Assembly: GCA_021107635.1 (NCBI GenBank)
Contig: JAIOSL010000043.1
Span: 9,873-73,872, forward strand
Origin: an archaeon
GTDB taxonomy: Archaea > B1Sed10-29 > WALL01 > JAGHAM01
DNA: 64,000 bases
Reading direction: 5' to 3'
Both the position numbers and the translations under genes were made by a program. Of this stretch, positions 63,002 through 64,000 are shown in pieces; position 1 is the stretch's first letter, and each line of letters starts with the position of its first letter. The notes beneath the pieces were generated by a model. It was not told the DNA's origin and searched no databases. It saw only the letters and a program-made list of their open reading frames with translations.

Positions 63002-64000
63002 TCACGTCAGTTCAACTATTCTTCTGTCTCCTTTCCAGAAGAAACAGAGATATGTCCTGTCATTGTCAGTATCAACCCAAAGCATGGTAGTGTTATCGGG
63101 CATGCCGCTTGGAGGATAACTTTCAGTAAAAATTTGTGGATAGTTAGCTCCACCCATTTCCCATGTGGTTCCTAGTCCTTCATCAAGTACATCATCACGA
63201 CCCCATTTAGCAGAAGCGTGTGTGTCAATTCTAGTGTACCATGAATTTGCGCCTATTCTCCATTGGTATTGGGGTTTATCAGCAATATACCAGTCCCAGA
63301 CGAGACAATGGTCGAAATGGTTTCCATTACCGCTGAATACTCCAACACCATAAAGATCATCATCTTGATATCCAGCAGCAGGATTAAAACCTCCTCCAAT
63401 AGTCTGGAGTTTCACATTATCAAAAACATTAGCACCGAACGCATCATCGTCAACACTTTCAAACCAAACACCCTTAACAAAACCGCTTATGAAAATATCC
63501 TCAAAAACATTACCATTCGCATACGCGCCATTATGATTACATTCAAGAAGAATACCATCTCCAGCTCCCCACATGAAAATGTTGCGGAAAGTGTTCATGG
63601 AAATATCTCCGTCTCCGTCCATAAGAATATGAATGCCAATCCATTCATGGCTACTTCTGTCCATGGGCTGCCCGTAAATTTTGATGTTTTCGATAAGATT
63701 GTAACGAGAGCGAACATCCCAACTGCCTCCTGAATTGAGGTATAGAGTAATAATACCTTCAGTGTGAGAAGCGGAGGTATAAACGATTGCATTTCTGACA
63801 ATTGCATGTTGAACGCGATCTTCAAATCTAACAAATTCAATGTCGTTGTTTAGCGTAACTTCATTATTCAGAAAGTCTAGTTGAACATTATCTTTCATGT
63901 TAATAGTAGATGTAAGAGTTATATCTGATCCAACCCAAACAGTTCCGCCTCCTGAGCTAGCAACATCGTCTATAGCTGCCTGAATGTTTGCTCCGGTTGG
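63002..64000 (-). CDS. Secreted right-handed beta-helix protein, paralogue 3 (5' end beyond the window)
   Basis: The frame stays open upstream of the track Met at 63898, reading ...PTGANIQAAIDDVASSGGGTVWVGSDITLTSTINMKDN. It also contains GNGNHFDHCLVWDW. Confidence 0.65.
   Translation of the reverse strand, partial: PTGANIQAAIDDVASSGGGTVWVGSDITLTSTINMKDNVQLDFLNNEVTLNNDIEFVRFEDRVQHAIVRNAIVYTSASHTEGIITLYLNSGGSWDVRSRYNLIENIKIYGQPMDRSSHEWIGIHILMDGDGDISMNTFRNIFMWGAGDGILLECNHNGAYANGNVFEDIFISGFVKGVWFESVDDDAFGANVFDNVKLQTIGGGFNPAAGYQDDDLYGVGVFSGNGNHFDHCLVWDWYIADKPQYQWRIGANSWYTRIDTHASAKWGRDDVLDEGLGTTWEMGGANYPQIFTESYPPSGMPDNTTMLWVDTDNDRTYLCFFWKGDRRIVELT

Noticed and set aside
60719-64000. A provirus or viral tail-spike cassette
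   Set aside because: The beta-helix fold is compatible with that idea. However, the window contains no capsid, terminase or integrase genes and no att repeats. All three proteins also have cellular-type signal or anchor segments. The question remains open only for sequence beyond 64000.

Overview
The window looks archaeal. It encodes TFE, aEF-1beta, a class I CCA-adding enzyme, Taw1/TYW1, geranylgeranyl reductase, RibL and a class I LysRS, and it has BHB-type intron-bearing tRNAs. The genome is AT-rich, about 40% GC in the 60-nt samples I counted, with A-rich coding strands. Many starts are preceded by GGAGG or AGGTGA motifs, and TATA-like boxes are visible. The gene content fits a small-genome, possibly DPANN-like lineage, but the lineage cannot be settled from this sequence. 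Housekeeping content: a pyrimidine operon (pyrD-pyrK-pyrC ... pyrE-pyrF), thyX, dCMP deaminase, AsnRS, SerRS, LysRS, Rad50, a rubrerythrin and six tRNAs, four of which carry insertions. Accessory content: (1) a tandemly duplicated, translationally coupled two-gene surface module, made of a Cys-motif anchor protein plus a roughly 810-820 aa vWA/PKD/CARDB-like protein; (2) an inositol cluster with MIPS, two CDP-alcohol phosphatidyltransferases, PHP and HAD phosphatases and an ITPK-like ATP-grasp; (3) two unrelated Cys-rich secreted repeat proteins, one sitting inside the pyr operon; (4) three tandem beta-helix (pectate-lyase-fold) secreted paralogues, the middle one clearly GC-richer; (5) a PadR / CARDB-like / FtsX / FtsX / ABC-ATPase cluster with a 15-bp-periodic palindrome array; (6) three transglutaminase-fold envelope proteins; (7) a 103-aa poly-lysine repeat protein; and (8) a stand-alone EF-1alpha domain-II protein. 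I found no rRNA, CRISPR array, transposase or integrase. All calls rest on reading motifs by eye, and no database search was run.
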